Virus record (IMG/VR): IMGVR_UViG_3300017689_000002
Span: 4,093-68,092 of that record
From: a virus
Taxonomy: Duplodnaviria > Caudoviricetes
Reading direction: 5' to 3' (one strand)
Length of the DNA: 64,000 bases
The notes beneath the pieces are model-generated. The model was given only the letters and a program-made list of their open reading frames with translations. It was not told the DNA's origin and did no database searches. Numbering within the stretch: position 1 is the stretch's first letter; each line of letters opens with the position of its first letter. Shown one piece after another: positions 1-9,292 of the stretch. A program made the position numbers and the translations under genes.

Positions 1-443
1 AACCCCCCACGTCCATCGGGAGAATATCGCCTGTCGAGAACATTGTCAAGCACTTCTTCAACTTCTTGCTCGACAATATCATTGTAGTTGGCATCACTGT
101 AATGACGAAGGTCAAGGTTCTCGAGCATTTTCCAGAACCACGAGGCGGGCGTGCCATACGAGTTGAAGGCCGCCCGCCTCGATAGTGCAATTAAGACCTC
201 GAACATAGACGCATCCATGTCAGGCCAATCTGGTTCAGAATATCTGAAGATCTCAAGATACTCTTCTCGGAGCTCCTTGCCGTCTTCCCCACGATTGCTA
301 TCGTTATGCACAAACCACCTAAAAGGCTTGATGTGCAGCTGACGGATCAGCATCATATACGATCGATGGGGGTTCCGAGTTCGGACTACCTCAGCTTGCT
401 CACAGAGCCAGTTAAAGTAGCCCTCTTGGCTGGAAAATGTCAA
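1..443 (-). CDS. Conserved phage hypothetical protein, 3' end cut by window edge
   Basis: Hand-translated: TTG start overlapping the upstream TGA; reads MTFSSQEGYFNWLCEQ...LHIKPFRWFVHNDDSNRGEDGKELR...WFWKMLENL...RYSPDGRGG with no stop before base 1. Confidence 0.7.
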   Translation of the reverse strand, partial: MTFSSQEGYFNWLCEQAEVVRTRNPHRSYMMLIRQLHIKPFRWFVHNDSNRGEDGKELREEYLEIFRYSEPDWPDMDASMFEVLIALSRRAAFNSYGTPASWFWKMLENLDLRHYSDANYNDIVEQEVEEVLDNVLDRRYSPDGRGG

Positions 444-1141
444 TCATCAGCCCTCGATCCGATCCGCAAGCCCGTCTCGGGATCGATCTGGAGGACAACC
501 TCCTGGTAGCTACGCACGTCACGCGTAACTTCGAAGTCGGTACGCATCTTACCAGCTCGGATGAACACCTGGTCGGGGTCCTGCGAAATACCACCAAAGC
601 TCGAGGTGGCGTCAGGTCCGAGAAGGTTCTCGATATCCGGGATGACCTCTTCGTTGTCGTCCATGAGGGTATCGTCCTGCTGGAAATATGTGATGCTGAT
701 CTTATCGAAGTGATTCCAGTCAGCGTCCATGAAGTCCTCGTAGGAAATAACGTGAGGCTCCATGTTGTCAGGCATGGGGAGATCTTCGACGGTAACTTCG
801 ACCTCACCCAGGTTCGTGATCACCGGGATCTCAGGATCCGGCGCCTCGGTGGGAGCACCATCGTATCCCAGGTCACGGATCTCCTTCGAGAAGTCGTCGA
901 GCTGTTCGTCGATATCTTCGCGCTGCTCCTCGAGGTTACGGACAGTTGCCAGAGCGGCGGCCGGCGTAGCAAACTCTCCCGACTTGTATCGACGGTCATA
1001 GGTCTGCTTGACGGACTCGATCTCCTCGTCAATCAGCTTGACGTACTTACGCTTGGTCAGAGCGTAGGCCACCCCACCACCAATCGAAAGTCCGAGTCCG
1101 AAAATAACAACCTCTGTAACGACTGCTTTGTTGACGTTCAC
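440..1141 (-). CDS. Acidic hypothetical protein with N-terminal hydrophobic segment
   Basis: 233-aa ORF, SD AGGAG, coupled to neighbours. Confidence 0.75.
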   Translation of the reverse strand: MNVNKAVVTEVVIFGLGLSIGGGVAYALTKRKYVKLIDEEIESVKQTYDRRYKSGEFATPAAALATVRNLEEQREDIDEQLDDFSKEIRDLGYDGAPTEAPDPEIPVITNLGEVEVTVEDLPMPDNMEPHVISYEDFMDADWNHFDKISITYFQQDDTLMDDNEEVIPDIENLLGPDATSSFGGISQDPDQVFIRAGKMRTDFEVTRDVRSYQEVVLQIDPETGLRIGSRADD

Positions 1142-1329
1142 TTAGTGCTCCTCTTGTGGTTTTGTTCTTTATTTTGCTTGAGTGACGCAGCCAGTGCCTG
1201 GAGTCCTTCGTGGTCACGGAGCTTCTGTACGAGATGTTCCTTAGGTTCAAATTTGAACTTGGGCTCGTCTTTGGTTGTCTCTTCGTGAGAAACGATTGAA
1301 TCTGGACGAATATCTTTGGGGGTAGGCAT
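1138..1329 (-). CDS. Small hypothetical protein
   Basis: 63-aa ORF overlapping neighbours by 1-4 nt. Confidence 0.5.
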   Translation of the reverse strand: MPTPKDIRPDSIVSHEETTKDEPKFKFEPKEHLVQKLRDHEGLQALAASLKQNKEQNHKRSTK

Positions 1330-1544
1330 CAGTTTGCTCCCTTACTGTCGAAGACCAGGCCACAGACACAACGGTGCTTATCGGTGTGATCCTCTACCGA
1401 GCGGCAGTGGTGTTTGGCCTGAATGCCATTTGGTTTCGTGTGCAAACACGTAGCTTTACACTTATATTCAAGCTTGGGTACGGGTTCAACCGGCCCGACG
1501 TTGTACTTGACATCTTTCAGATACTTACTTGCAACTTCGGGCAC
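1329..1544 (-). CDS. Small Cys/His-rich hypothetical protein
   Basis: 71 aa with CxxxC, HxC, HxCxCG. Confidence 0.55.
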   Translation of the reverse strand: MPEVASKYLKDVKYNVGPVEPVPKLEYKCKATCLHTKPNGIQAKHHCRSVEDHTDKHRCVCGLVFDSKGAN

Positions 1545-1555
1545 GGTTGAAACTC

Positions 1556-1807
1556 CTATTGGTTCGGCTTGATGTGTTCGGCGATTTTCATAGGCTGGAA
1601 GCCGGCCCAGTAGACCTCGTCGCCAGGCTTACCCTGAGAGACAACGATCACCGGAGCGGCTCCCAGACCCAGGGACTGAACTGCTGCGAGGTTATCAGGA
1701 TCGAGAATATCTTCGGTCTCGTACTTGATACCCTTAGCGTTAAACGCCTTCTTGGTCATGTCGCACTGCATACAATTGGGCTTGGTGTAGATGATTACAG
1801 ACTGCAT
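1556..1807 (-). CDS. nrdH: NrdH-like glutaredoxin
   Basis: YTKPNCMQCDMTK CxxC motif, APVI, WAGFQP. Confidence 0.9.
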   Translation of the reverse strand: MQSVIIYTKPNCMQCDMTKKAFNAKGIKYETEDILDPDNLAAVQSLGLGAAPVIVVSQGKPGDEVYWAGFQPMKIAEHIKPNQ

Positions 1808-1919
1808 ATTTACTTTCTATCTCTATCTTCTGGGTAGTTGTCAAGATCCCAGCTACTGTTAAGGACCTTACCGATATTCTCAGCAACTTCCTTCAACCAG
1901 AATCCGGTTTCTTCCATAT

Positions 1920-2816
1920 TTAGATCTTGTCCCAGATGGGCCCGTCGACGTTGAAGTCGAGTCGGATGTGACCCTCGGTGCCGTCGATGAACGCGCCCTT
2001 CTTGATGTTGTTGAAGTCGTAGAGCCCGAAGTCGATGAAGTCGTCACCGTTGTCAGCGTTGAAGATCCAGCCAACAACCGAGCCGGCAGACGTGTCAGCG
2101 AAGCCCAGCGCGTCGTACACATCGTTCAGGAACACGTGACCCCGTGCCTTAAGACGGTCGTTCATGTAAGCCTGGATGCTCTTGAGGAAGGCAATGTTGT
2201 AGCCCTCGTTCTCGTTCCAGTTGACGTTCTCACGAGTGAACATCACCGAGTAGTCGGTCTTACGGTCAAGGTCGGGATCGAAGACCATGGCGACCTCCTT
2301 CTTACCGTCCTCGCCCTTCTGGTCAACCGCACGCAGGCCCATCTTGAACTGCTTGTCCTTGTCCTCGCCATATTCCTCGACGACGCGCTCACGGTACTTC
2401 GCGAAGCTGCTGTCGACCGCCTTGTAGGCCGCGAGCAGACCGACGTTGCGCTTCTTCAGGAGGCCGTGACCGCCGAGGACCGATGCGGTACCCAGCAGGA
2501 CCAGTCCACCCGAGGGGGCGTAGAGCTTGACGATGCCGTAGGATCCCTTGATGTAGGCCTTGGTCAGGTCTCGCTTCTTGTTGCGCTGGTCCGACTCCTC
2601 GACGTAGTAGTGGTCGTGAACCGCACGGACGCCGTCCTCGAGATCCGTAACCTTCTGCTCGAGCTGGAGGGTTGCACGGCTAGCCAGGACCGCACCCGTC
2701 AAGACAGCGCCCAGACCCGCGACCGTCAGGATCTCCGGGCTGTACTTCTGACCCAGGAGGATCGTACGTGCCGTCTTGTTGGTGACGACGTTCTTGATGT
2801 TGCTGATGGCGCTCAT
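1920..2816 (-). CDS. Conserved phage protein (DUF6353-like), paralog of 8298-9056
   Basis: Hydrophobic N-terminus (PEILTVAG), KLYAP, LAAY..YRERV, FLNDVY..LG, VGW pattern. Confidence 0.7.
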   Translation of the reverse strand: MSAISNIKNVVTNKTARTILLGQKYSPEILTVAGLGAVLTGAVLASRATLQLEQKVTDLEDGVRAVHDHYYVEESDQRNKKRDLTKAYIKGSYGIVKLYAPSGGLVLLGTASVLGGHGLLKKRNVGLLAAYKAVDSSFAKYRERVVEEYGEDKDKQFKMGLRAVDQKGEDGKKEVAMVFDPDLDRKTDYSVMFTRENVNWNENEGYNIAFLKSIQAYMNDRLKARGHVFLNDVYDALGFADTSAGSVVGWIFNADNGDDFIDFGLYDFNNIKKGAFIDGTEGHIRLDFNVDGPIWDKI

Positions 2817-3001
2817 TTTTTCTCCTTGGTGATTTCTTCTAGATTGTCAAGAGCCTGTGCAAGTACAGGCCATTCTTTGCGCAGCTTTCGCTGCATACCT
2901 CGGTGGTAGTCTGGAACCCTGCCAGGGTCTGTCCAGGCTTTGAATATCTTGATTAGAGCCCCGGTCAGTGGATCAATGGGCTCCGGGTTCGGAATATCCA
3001 C
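2813..3001 (-). CDS. Small hypothetical protein
   Basis: 62-aa ORF in operon context. Confidence 0.55.
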   Translation of the reverse strand: MDIPNPEPIDPLTGALIKIFKAWTDPGRVPDYHRGMQRKLRKEWPVLAQALDNLEEITKEKK

Positions 3002-3127
3002 TACTTCAACTTTCCCTGGCTTCTCATGCGCTCGTAGATAGCCGCAACCTGGTAGTAGGGCTTACTGTCGATATTCTTGTGTCCGGACTTGTAGAGAGCC
3101 TTGCGCATCTGTTCGATCGTCATTTTT

Positions 3128-3412
3128 CTACCCTTCTACCTTTTCGATTTTCTCGGACTGGACCCAGCACTCGATAGACCAGAGACGCAGATCGATATCC
3201 ACATCTTTAAGCCAACCGTCACCCCGAAGAGACACAGTAGCTCGATTGCGACCGAAGTCACGCTCATATCCTTCGAGGATCCCAACACGTACCCTCATCT
3301 TGTCTGGAAGAAGCGTGTCGGAGTCTTTTGAAGAGCGGGGGATGATCTGGATCTTTACGATCCTCCCAAGATACTTGGGATTAAATCCTGGCATTTGATA
3401 ATCCGACATCAT
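3128..3412 (-). CDS. Hypothetical protein
   Basis: 94-aa ORF with SD AGGAG. Confidence 0.6.
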   Translation of the reverse strand: MMSDYQMPGFNPKYLGRIVKIQIIPRSSKDSDTLLPDKMRVRVGILEGYERDFGRNRATVSLRGDGWLKDVDIDLRLWSIECWVQSEKIEKVEG

Positions 3413-3418
3413 ATTCTC

Positions 3419-4093
3419 CTACTGAGTAATTTCTTCCGTGGGCGGAAGCTCAATGATATAGCCCTGACGGACGTTACGGACACCGGCGTCGATGAGGTTG
3501 AACCAACCCCACTTGTCATCAGCCCAGCTGCCAGAAATACCAGCGCTAGCGTAGAAGTCCGACACCGAGACCACATCGTAACGGTCCACGAAGTCACGCA
3601 TACGGTCCAGGACTACTTCAGCGTCACCCCGAGTGGGGAAGACAATCTCTTTGAAGTCGTGAGTCGCTCGACCTCGCTGAGAAATAGTCCGCGGCGCAGC
3701 CTCCTGAGGACGCATACCACCATTCACAGGCCGGTTATACGCCGTCTGCTGACGTGCAGCTCCGACCGGACCACCCTGACGAGTAGAGCGAACGCCACGA
3801 ACCTCACCGTACAACATACGCTCGATACCCTGGCTGACCACGTCAGTGATCGTAGCCTTGACTGCCGGCATGATCACATCGAACATGATGAACTGACCAA
3901 CACTGTGAGCGTCGTCACCAGCAAAGGTATCCACGATACGACGACCGAAGGGGCGCTTACGTTCGATAGCAGTGCCCGAAACGATCTTGGTCACCGGCTC
4001 CTTCTCAGGAGCTTTTGCCAGGTTGCTAGGCTCTTCTGTGCTACCCTGAGGCTTCTTCTTGCTGTTGCTCGAGTAGTTGTTAGGATCCGCCAT
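3419..4093 (-). CDS. Conserved phage hypothetical protein
   Basis: 224 aa, SD AAGGAAG, C-terminal VSVSDFY..DDKWGW..L..A.VR..R.GY.I.LP pattern. Confidence 0.7.
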   Translation of the reverse strand: MADPNNYSSNSKKKPQGSTEEPSNLAKAPEKEPVTKIVSGTAIERKRPFGRRIVDTFAGDDAHSVGQFIMFDVIMPAVKATITDVVSQGIERMLYGEVRGVRSTRQGGPVGAARQQTAYNRPVNGGMRPQEAAPRTISQRGRATHDFKEIVFPTRGDAEVVLDRMRDFVDRYDVVSVSDFYASAGISGSWADDKWGWFNLIDAGVRNVRQGYIIELPPTEEITQ

Positions 4094-4492
4094 TTTTCTT
4101 CTCTTCCTTCTGCAGCTTAGCTAGTTCTTGGAGCCAATAGTTGACTTCGTCTTGTCTATCGAGACCTCTGGCGGCCCGTAGCTCCATGCGTACCTGGTGG
4201 AGAGTATATATGCGCTCACCCATGCTTACGACGGATTCGCTCAAGTTCACTCTTGTAGAAATTCACCAGTTCGGGTCGACCTCGCTCTGCTGCACTCTCG
4301 ATCAAGTCGTGAAGTTGCTCTTCCGTGTAATCGATACTAGTCATGATATCCCTTAGCGACGGTTGCGGCTGCGTCCGATGGCGGAGATGACGACCACGAT
4401 GAGCCACAGACCTCCGGTGATGAGCGTCAAAGCCACATCCAAGAGAAGGTGGGCTCCGGTGTAGGGCTTCTGGTTGTAGGTGTAGGTAGCCA

Positions 4493-4978
4493 TTAGTTTT
4501 CTTCTTTCTTGTCAGTGTTGATGATGTTGCGCTCAGCTGCATAGCGAGCATCTGCGAGGGTGGGGTAGAAACCGTCTTCGTCCAGAACCTCAGACTCTTC
4601 GCGGTTTTCAGCGACTACGACACGACCATCGGGGTGGAAATATGCAGTCGGCTCGAACGGAAGACCGTCCAGGACTTCTTCCTTGATTGCTTCGGTGTCA
4701 ACGTGAACGTCAACGACCTTACGCTCGGCGAGGTTCTTCTGGATCCGAAGACCGGCAGAAATACCCTCGTTGACCTTGTCGATCTGACCCTCGAGGTAGT
4801 CGACAGATGCGCTCGATGCCATACCAGCCAGCGCGAAACCACCTACCGCGATGAGAATCTTCTTGCTGCGCTTGAGGTCCTCGGGCGTAGTAGCCTTGAC
4901 CGCGTTCTTGACGATCATACCCACGCCTGTCGAGACCAACATACCCGTTGCTGTCTTGATAATATCTGTGTTCATCAT
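4493..4978 (-). CDS. Hypothetical protein with two N-terminal hydrophobic segments
   Basis: Start moved to MMNTDII after SD AAGGAG; directly downstream of the promoter motif at 5024. Confidence 0.65.
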   Translation of the reverse strand: MMNTDIIKTATGMLVSTGVGMIVKNAVKATTPEDLKRSKKILIAVGGFALAGMASSASVDYLEGQIDKVNEGISAGLRIQKNLAERKVVDVHVDTEAIKEEVLDGLPFEPTAYFHPDGRVVVAENREESEVLDEDGFYPTLADARYAAERNIINTDKKEEN

Positions 4979-5098
4979 TTTCTCCTTGTTAAGTAGCCAA
5001 AAATGAAAGGCCATGTAAGGTCCTTCATACTAGTGCGTGTAATTCTTGCGAGGGGCGCCTGCTATATTTTCAACAGACGCCCCGCAAAGCAAGATATG

Positions 5099-5701
5099 TT
5101 ACTGGGCGTTCTTCTGTGCAGCCTTCCAAGCCTGGAAGTCCTCGAACGTGGGGGCGTCATCGAGAGGGGTTTCAGTCGGCGTGGGCTGTGCGTCCAACTG
5201 AGGAGCTGCCGTGGGGATCTGCACGGGCTCGTTGACCGTCTGGGGCTCAGGTGCCTGGGGCTTCTTGTATCCCTGCATCTGGGCCTCCGAGCGCTCACGG
5301 GCAGAGAGCGACTGCTGGATCTTTGCCGCCTGCTCATCCATACCCTTGGGCGCGATGCCGTTCACGAACACAGCAGCAGCGTCGGCGTCCGTAGCAAGCT
5401 CCATGAACAGCTTGGAATATGCCTCGGTCGAGGTGAAGCGCTCGAGAATATCTTCGGTCTTGTGGAAAGAACGACCGTCAAGAGACTTCTCACCGTAGGC
5501 CGCAGCGATGATGTCCTTGAACGCCTGGATGATCTTGGCGCCGTCCATCTCCGCGGCGATCTTCTGGATCTGCTGCTGGAAGTTGTTACCCTCTGCGCTG
5601 AGCTGGATCGAGAGGGCCTCGGCCTGCGTGAGGTTGAAGTAGAAGTCCTCAGTGCGCTCGTTGTTGTTGAAGTCGGTGTACGTGATGGTCTTCTTGAACA
5701 T
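5099..5701 (-). CDS. Putative tail assembly chaperone-like protein, located outside the tail operon
   Basis: MFKKTITYTDFNNNERTEDFYFNLTQAE...AYGEKS.DG..F.K...F..TEAYSKLFMELATDADAAA.FVNGI; recalled from siphovirus genes that follow the tail tube gene. Confidence 0.5.
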   Translation of the reverse strand: MFKKTITYTDFNNNERTEDFYFNLTQAEALSIQLSAEGNNFQQQIQKIAAEMDGAKIIQAFKDIIAAAYGEKSLDGRSFHKTEDILERFTSTEAYSKLFMELATDADAAAVFVNGIAPKGMDEQAAKIQQSLSARERSEAQMQGYKKPQAPEPQTVNEPVQIPTAAPQLDAQPTPTETPLDDAPTFEDFQAWKAAQKNAQ

Positions 5702-5794
5702 TAAATTTCTCCTGTAAGGGTTAGAATGGATGAATTGACAAGCTCGTCGAACTCGTCAGCGGGAATAAGTAGCGTGAGGCCGGTGTTCAGTTCC

Positions 5795-6460
5795 TCAAGC
5801 ATTTTCGACGGCATCGTAGGTGGTGTTATCAATCTTACCATACGTGTCGATATACGTCTCGCCCTTTTCCTTGTTGTGGGTGACTTCGTAGATCTTACCG
5901 TCGGCAATGGTTGTGCTCAGGAGAGCCTTCCAGTTACCGAGGATATAACTGAACGTAATGACATAGACATCATCGATATCGACCGACGTGCCCTTGTAGT
6001 TCAGTTCAAAGGCAAGAAGGCGTCGAGCGACTAGAGGATAGTCAGTCCCCTCGTCCGCAGAGCTGAACGGAATGAATTCGGGGCGAGCTTCCGCCATTTC
6101 CTTGTCCGCCTCAGCCTGCTCGATGAGTGAGTTGTAGCTCTCCTCTTCGTAAAGCTCGTAGTCTTCCCAGAAAGTTGACTCCTTGAAGAAACCACCAAAC
6201 CAATCATCTTTGTCCTTGATGATCACGCTGCCGGCCGTGAAACGGGCAACGCTAGCATCCGCATCGCCACTGGTCGAAATATACCATGCAGGAGAGTGGA
6301 GGTCCGTATCGTCCTCACCCTTGTCATAGTATTTGTCGACCTGATCAGTACCACTCGAATGGAACCAATCCCGAATCGGGACGATACCCTCAGGACTACC
6401 GTCCCAGAAAGCGGCCTCGATGATGCGGTCAGGGTTTTCTTTGCTCACGAACTTTTGCAT
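5795..6460 (-). CDS. Two-domain hypothetical protein; N-terminus belongs to the K..IEA.Q...GD.I..F paralog family
   Basis: MQKFVSKENPDRIIEAAFWDG...GSVIIKDKD...F.EDYE. Confidence 0.6.
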   Translation of the reverse strand: MQKFVSKENPDRIIEAAFWDGSPEGIVPIRDWFHSSGTDQVDKYYDKGEDDTDLHSPAWYISTSGDADASVARFTAGSVIIKDKDDWFGGFFKESTFWEDYELYEEESYNSLIEQAEADKEMAEARPEFIPFSSADEGTDYPLVARRLLAFELNYKGTSVDIDDVYVITFSYILGNWKALLSTTIADGKIYEVTHNKEKGETYIDTYGKIDNTTYDAVENA

Positions 6461-6462
6461 GA

Positions 6463-6768
6463 TCAGTCCTCTTTCTTTTCGTATTTCAATTGGAAGATCT
6501 CATCTTTACAGGGGTAGAGACCGACAGAATCTCGAAGAATCCATTCTCCTGGCGTAATGGTTACCCACGTATTATTAGCTTCGACATACAGCTCAGTTAC
6601 ACGGAAGATAACTCGGTTGGGACCAATTCGATTGTCCTCACGGATCCGACGAAGAGACCCAGAACCAAAGACCTCTGTCATTTCTTTCTGTAGTACCTTG
6701 AAAGTACCAGTGAACCGAACAGCGGTGACCTCAGAAGGCTTACTGATATATTTGTTACTCGATGACAC
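6463..6768 (-). CDS. Small phage protein of the K.Y..KP..V.A...GEWI...YPCK.EIF..KYE family
   Basis: GTG start at 6768; KYISKPSEVTAVRFTG...PGEWILRDSVGLYPCKDEIFQLKYE. Confidence 0.65.
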   Translation of the reverse strand: MSSSNKYISKPSEVTAVRFTGTFKVLQKEMTEVFGSGSLRRIREDNRIGPNRVIFRVTELYVEANNTWVTITPGEWILRDSVGLYPCKDEIFQLKYEKKED

Positions 6769-7645
6769 CGGCGTCAGCCTTTCCTCGACGGATCCGTGCG
6801 ATGATGACCAGAGCAGCACCCAGCAGTGCCAGGACAGATCCGATTTTGACGGGGAACACCCACTCGTCGGATCCGGTGTATGCCAGAGCCTGAGTGGTCT
6901 CAACAGGCTTAACAGCCGTCAGAGTCACCGGAGTGGTGTCCACAACCTGCTCCTCGACAACGGGGGTAACCGGCGTCACAGGGGTCTCTGCGGGCTGCTC
7001 AGGGGTGATTACGGGCTCTTCGGGCGTCACAGGAGTCTCAGGCTCCTCGGGAGTGACAACGGGCGGCACAACAACCACCGGGCATTCCTCCTCTGTCGTG
7101 GCTTCCTGGCGAACAGACGTCGTGGGGACGGTCTCACCGGCCTTCCAGATGTTGCCCTCCTTGTTGTAGACCCAGTCGGTGGTGTTCGTGGTCGTAGTGA
7201 TCTCGACGAGGTGCGTGTCGCAGTCAGGGATCCCACGAGTGTCAAACGACTCGACGATGGGCGCCGGCTTGTCCGGAACAACCACACAGTCAGGCAGAGC
7301 GGTCACGACGCCACGGGGGTGGAACGGAGCATCATCAGCAGGACTGTTCAGCACACCACCAGCGATGAGCGCCTGGTACTTCTTCTCGAGCTCGGGGCTG
7401 TCGATGGTGTACTTGTCGTCCTGTCGGATCCCGCCGCACTCGAGGACCGTGAGGGTCTGCGGGACAGCGAACGGCGACTCGACCGAAGCCGGTGAGGGAG
7501 CGTACCAGGTCTGCGTGACGTCGTACTTCTTGAAATATGGGTTCTCAGTCGCCGAGGCTGAAGGAGCCGCAAGCAGAGCGAACACGGACATGAGCAGGAT
7601 CGAGACAAGGGCAACAACGGAGCCCCAAAGCAGGTTTTTCTTCAT
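6755..7645 (-). CDS. Secreted, sortase-anchored (LAxTG) cell-wall protein
   Basis: Signal peptide ending ASA/T, Pro-Glu-Thr-Val stalk (TPEEP repeats), LAYTG then TM helix then RIRRGK. Confidence 0.8.
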   Translation of the reverse strand: MKKNLLWGSVVALVSILLMSVFALLAAPSASATENPYFKKYDVTQTWYAPSPASVESPFAVPQTLTVLECGGIRQDDKYTIDSPELEKKYQALIAGGVLNSPADDAPFHPRGVVTALPDCVVVPDKPAPIVESFDTRGIPDCDTHLVEITTTTNTTDWVYNKEGNIWKAGETVPTTSVRQEATTEEECPVVVVPPVVTPEEPETPVTPEEPVITPEQPAETPVTPVTPVVEEQVVDTTPVTLTAVKPVETTQALAYTGSDEWVFPVKIGSVLALLGAALVIIARIRRGKADAGVIE

Positions 7646-7659
7646 CAGTTTTTCTCCAA

Positions 7660-7908
7660 TTATTCTGTTGTGTGATCACGGATAAGGCCGACTTGTAGAT
7701 CAAACACCCGAGTACAGCGATATACCTCACTGGCTGTGGATGCGTACTTCTCTACTGCGGCTTTGAACCAATTGTGTAGACGGGTTGATTCATTTTCAGG
7801 AGCATCGACAACCATCCATGCAGCCTCATGAAGAGCGTCGTAGCTGTCTTGCTGTGTGAATTTGCGAGCTAGCGATCGAATACGGACTTGGTCTTTTGTC
7901 ACGGCCAT
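7660..7908 (-). CDS. Hypothetical protein
   Basis: 82-aa ORF with SD. Confidence 0.55.
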   Translation of the reverse strand: MAVTKDQVRIRSLARKFTQQDSYDALHEAAWMVVDAPENESTRLHNWFKAAVEKYASTASEVYRCTRVFDLQVGLIRDHTTE

Positions 7909-7968
7909 AGTGTACTCCTATTTTGAAGGGGACCTGCTGTAAGTGCTACAGGCCCCCTACGGATGTGA

Positions 7969-8157
7969 CTAGTCGACCTGCGTGACCTCGACGATTGCAT
8001 CACCATCGATGACGACCGTGTCGCCCCTGGTGAACTTGTCGAGGACTGCCTGACCGACGAAGTAGCCGACAGCCACTGCAGCGCCCTGGAGACCTCGCTT
8101 AATGAGGACCTCCTTGTTCTCGTTGATGGTCTTACCGAGTGCCTTGAGCTTGTTCAT
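7969..8157 (-). CDS. Small single-TM protein
   Basis: 62 aa, SD GAAAGGAG, one hydrophobic helix. Confidence 0.65.
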   Translation of the reverse strand: MNKLKALGKTINENKEVLIKRGLQGAAVAVGYFVGQAVLDKFTRGDTVVIDGDAIVEVTQVD

Positions 8158-8169
8158 TTGTTTCTCCTT

Positions 8170-8295
8170 TCAAGAGAGATATAGTTTCTTACATGAGTCA
8201 CATGTGACTTCGGATGTGGCAGTCGTAGCAGCGCGTACATCGTCGAGAGAGATACCACAATATGTGTAGTAGTCACCTTTGAAGTACCCGTGCAT
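8170..8295 (-). CDS. Small Zn-finger-like protein (41 aa, not in ORF track)
   Basis: Hand translation MHGYFKGDYYTYCGISLDDVRAATTATSEVTCDSCKKLYLS fills the gap exactly. Confidence 0.5.
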   Translation of the reverse strand: MHGYFKGDYYTYCGISLDDVRAATTATSEVTCDSCKKLYLS

Positions 8296-8297
8296 GG

Positions 8298-9056
8298 TTA
8301 CCAGATCTTGTGATAGTTGGCTACCGGAGGAACCGTGTAGTCAATGGAGATGCAGGGGACACCTGCCGTGAGGATGGTTGCAAACGAGATGTCCAGCATG
8401 TGGTCACCATCGAAGCCGACCTCTTCGCCTGCCGTGGTAGCTGCGAGACCGATCTTTCGATAGAAATCGTTCAGCGAGGCGTAGGAGGCGTTGTTGATCA
8501 GCGCGTTGATGTCATTCATAGCACTACGAACAGTCTCGACAGTGCTCTTGAACGAACGTCCAGAATACATGTCGTAAAACAACTGCTCGTTCTCAGCGAT
8601 GATTACCTCTTTGTCACCAATGGGCTCCCGCTCGAGACGCTTCTCAGCAACGCGTGCACGAATCTTCTCTTCGGTCTTGGTGCCAACTTCGTCAACCACG
8701 CCCTCCTTGTACTCGTGGTATGCCCTCTCAGTGAGAGAATATGCAGCAGCCAGAGCACCTGCACGCTTACTGCTCACTCGGTTGGAAGCGATGATAGCCG
8801 CGATCGTAGCACCACCCATAGCAACAGCAGGAGCGTAGGGGCGCCAAGCAACCTTGCAGACCTCGAGCTTGGTGAGTTCTGTATCTGGATGGTTGTAGTG
8901 GAAGTCGTCGATCTCTCGAAGCACCTGAGGGGTGGCCTTGACCGCCAGAACGGTTGTCGTGACCACCCCACCGACAGCGAATACCGTCAAAAGAGCCGGA
9001 GCGTTGTCATTGAGCGTCTTGCCGAATGTCTTCAGCAGGTTTGTTACGTCTACCAT
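8298..9056 (-). CDS. Conserved phage protein (DUF6353-like), second paralog
   Basis: PALLTVFAVGG..AVKATP, RPYAP, LAAAY, FYDMYSGRSF, YASLNDFY. Confidence 0.7.
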   Translation of the reverse strand: MVDVTNLLKTFGKTLNDNAPALLTVFAVGGVVTTTVLAVKATPQVLREIDDFHYNHPDTELTKLEVCKVAWRPYAPAVAMGGATIAAIIASNRVSSKRAGALAAAYSLTERAYHEYKEGVVDEVGTKTEEKIRARVAEKRLEREPIGDKEVIIAENEQLFYDMYSGRSFKSTVETVRSAMNDINALINNASYASLNDFYRKIGLAATTAGEEVGFDGDHMLDISFATILTAGVPCISIDYTVPPVANYHKIW

Positions 9057-9058
9057 AT

Positions 9059-9292
9059 TTATGCCTGTTCTTGATCGAAAATGGGCTGGGGCTTGACGGG
9101 TCGTCCATACTTGTCGTACCCCAGGACATGCAGGGTGGCGAGCTCCTCAGGATCGATCTCCACCATGGGGGCTTCGTTGTGAGCGTTCAGCTCGTTACCG
9201 ATCCGGTGCAGGGCACGAAGGACCATAGCGCCGAGCACCGTCCAGCAGATGAAAATGATAAGGATTGCGAATGCGGGGTTGATGTAATCCAT
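9059..9292 (-). CDS. Small membrane protein
   Basis: N-terminal TM helix, 77 aa. Confidence 0.6.
   Translation of the reverse strand: MDYINPAFAILIIFICWTVLGAMVLRALHRIGNELNAHNEAPMVEIDPEELATLHVLGYDKYGRPVKPQPIFDQEQA

Noticed and set aside
7928-7957. GC hairpin after gene 7969-8157 as another ACA-loop element
   Set aside because: Loop does not match the consensus well and the U tract is weak; at most an ordinary terminator
8196-8209. 14-bp perfect palindrome AGTCACATGTGACT
   Set aside because: Single copy inside a small ORF (encodes VTCD); no evidence of an operator
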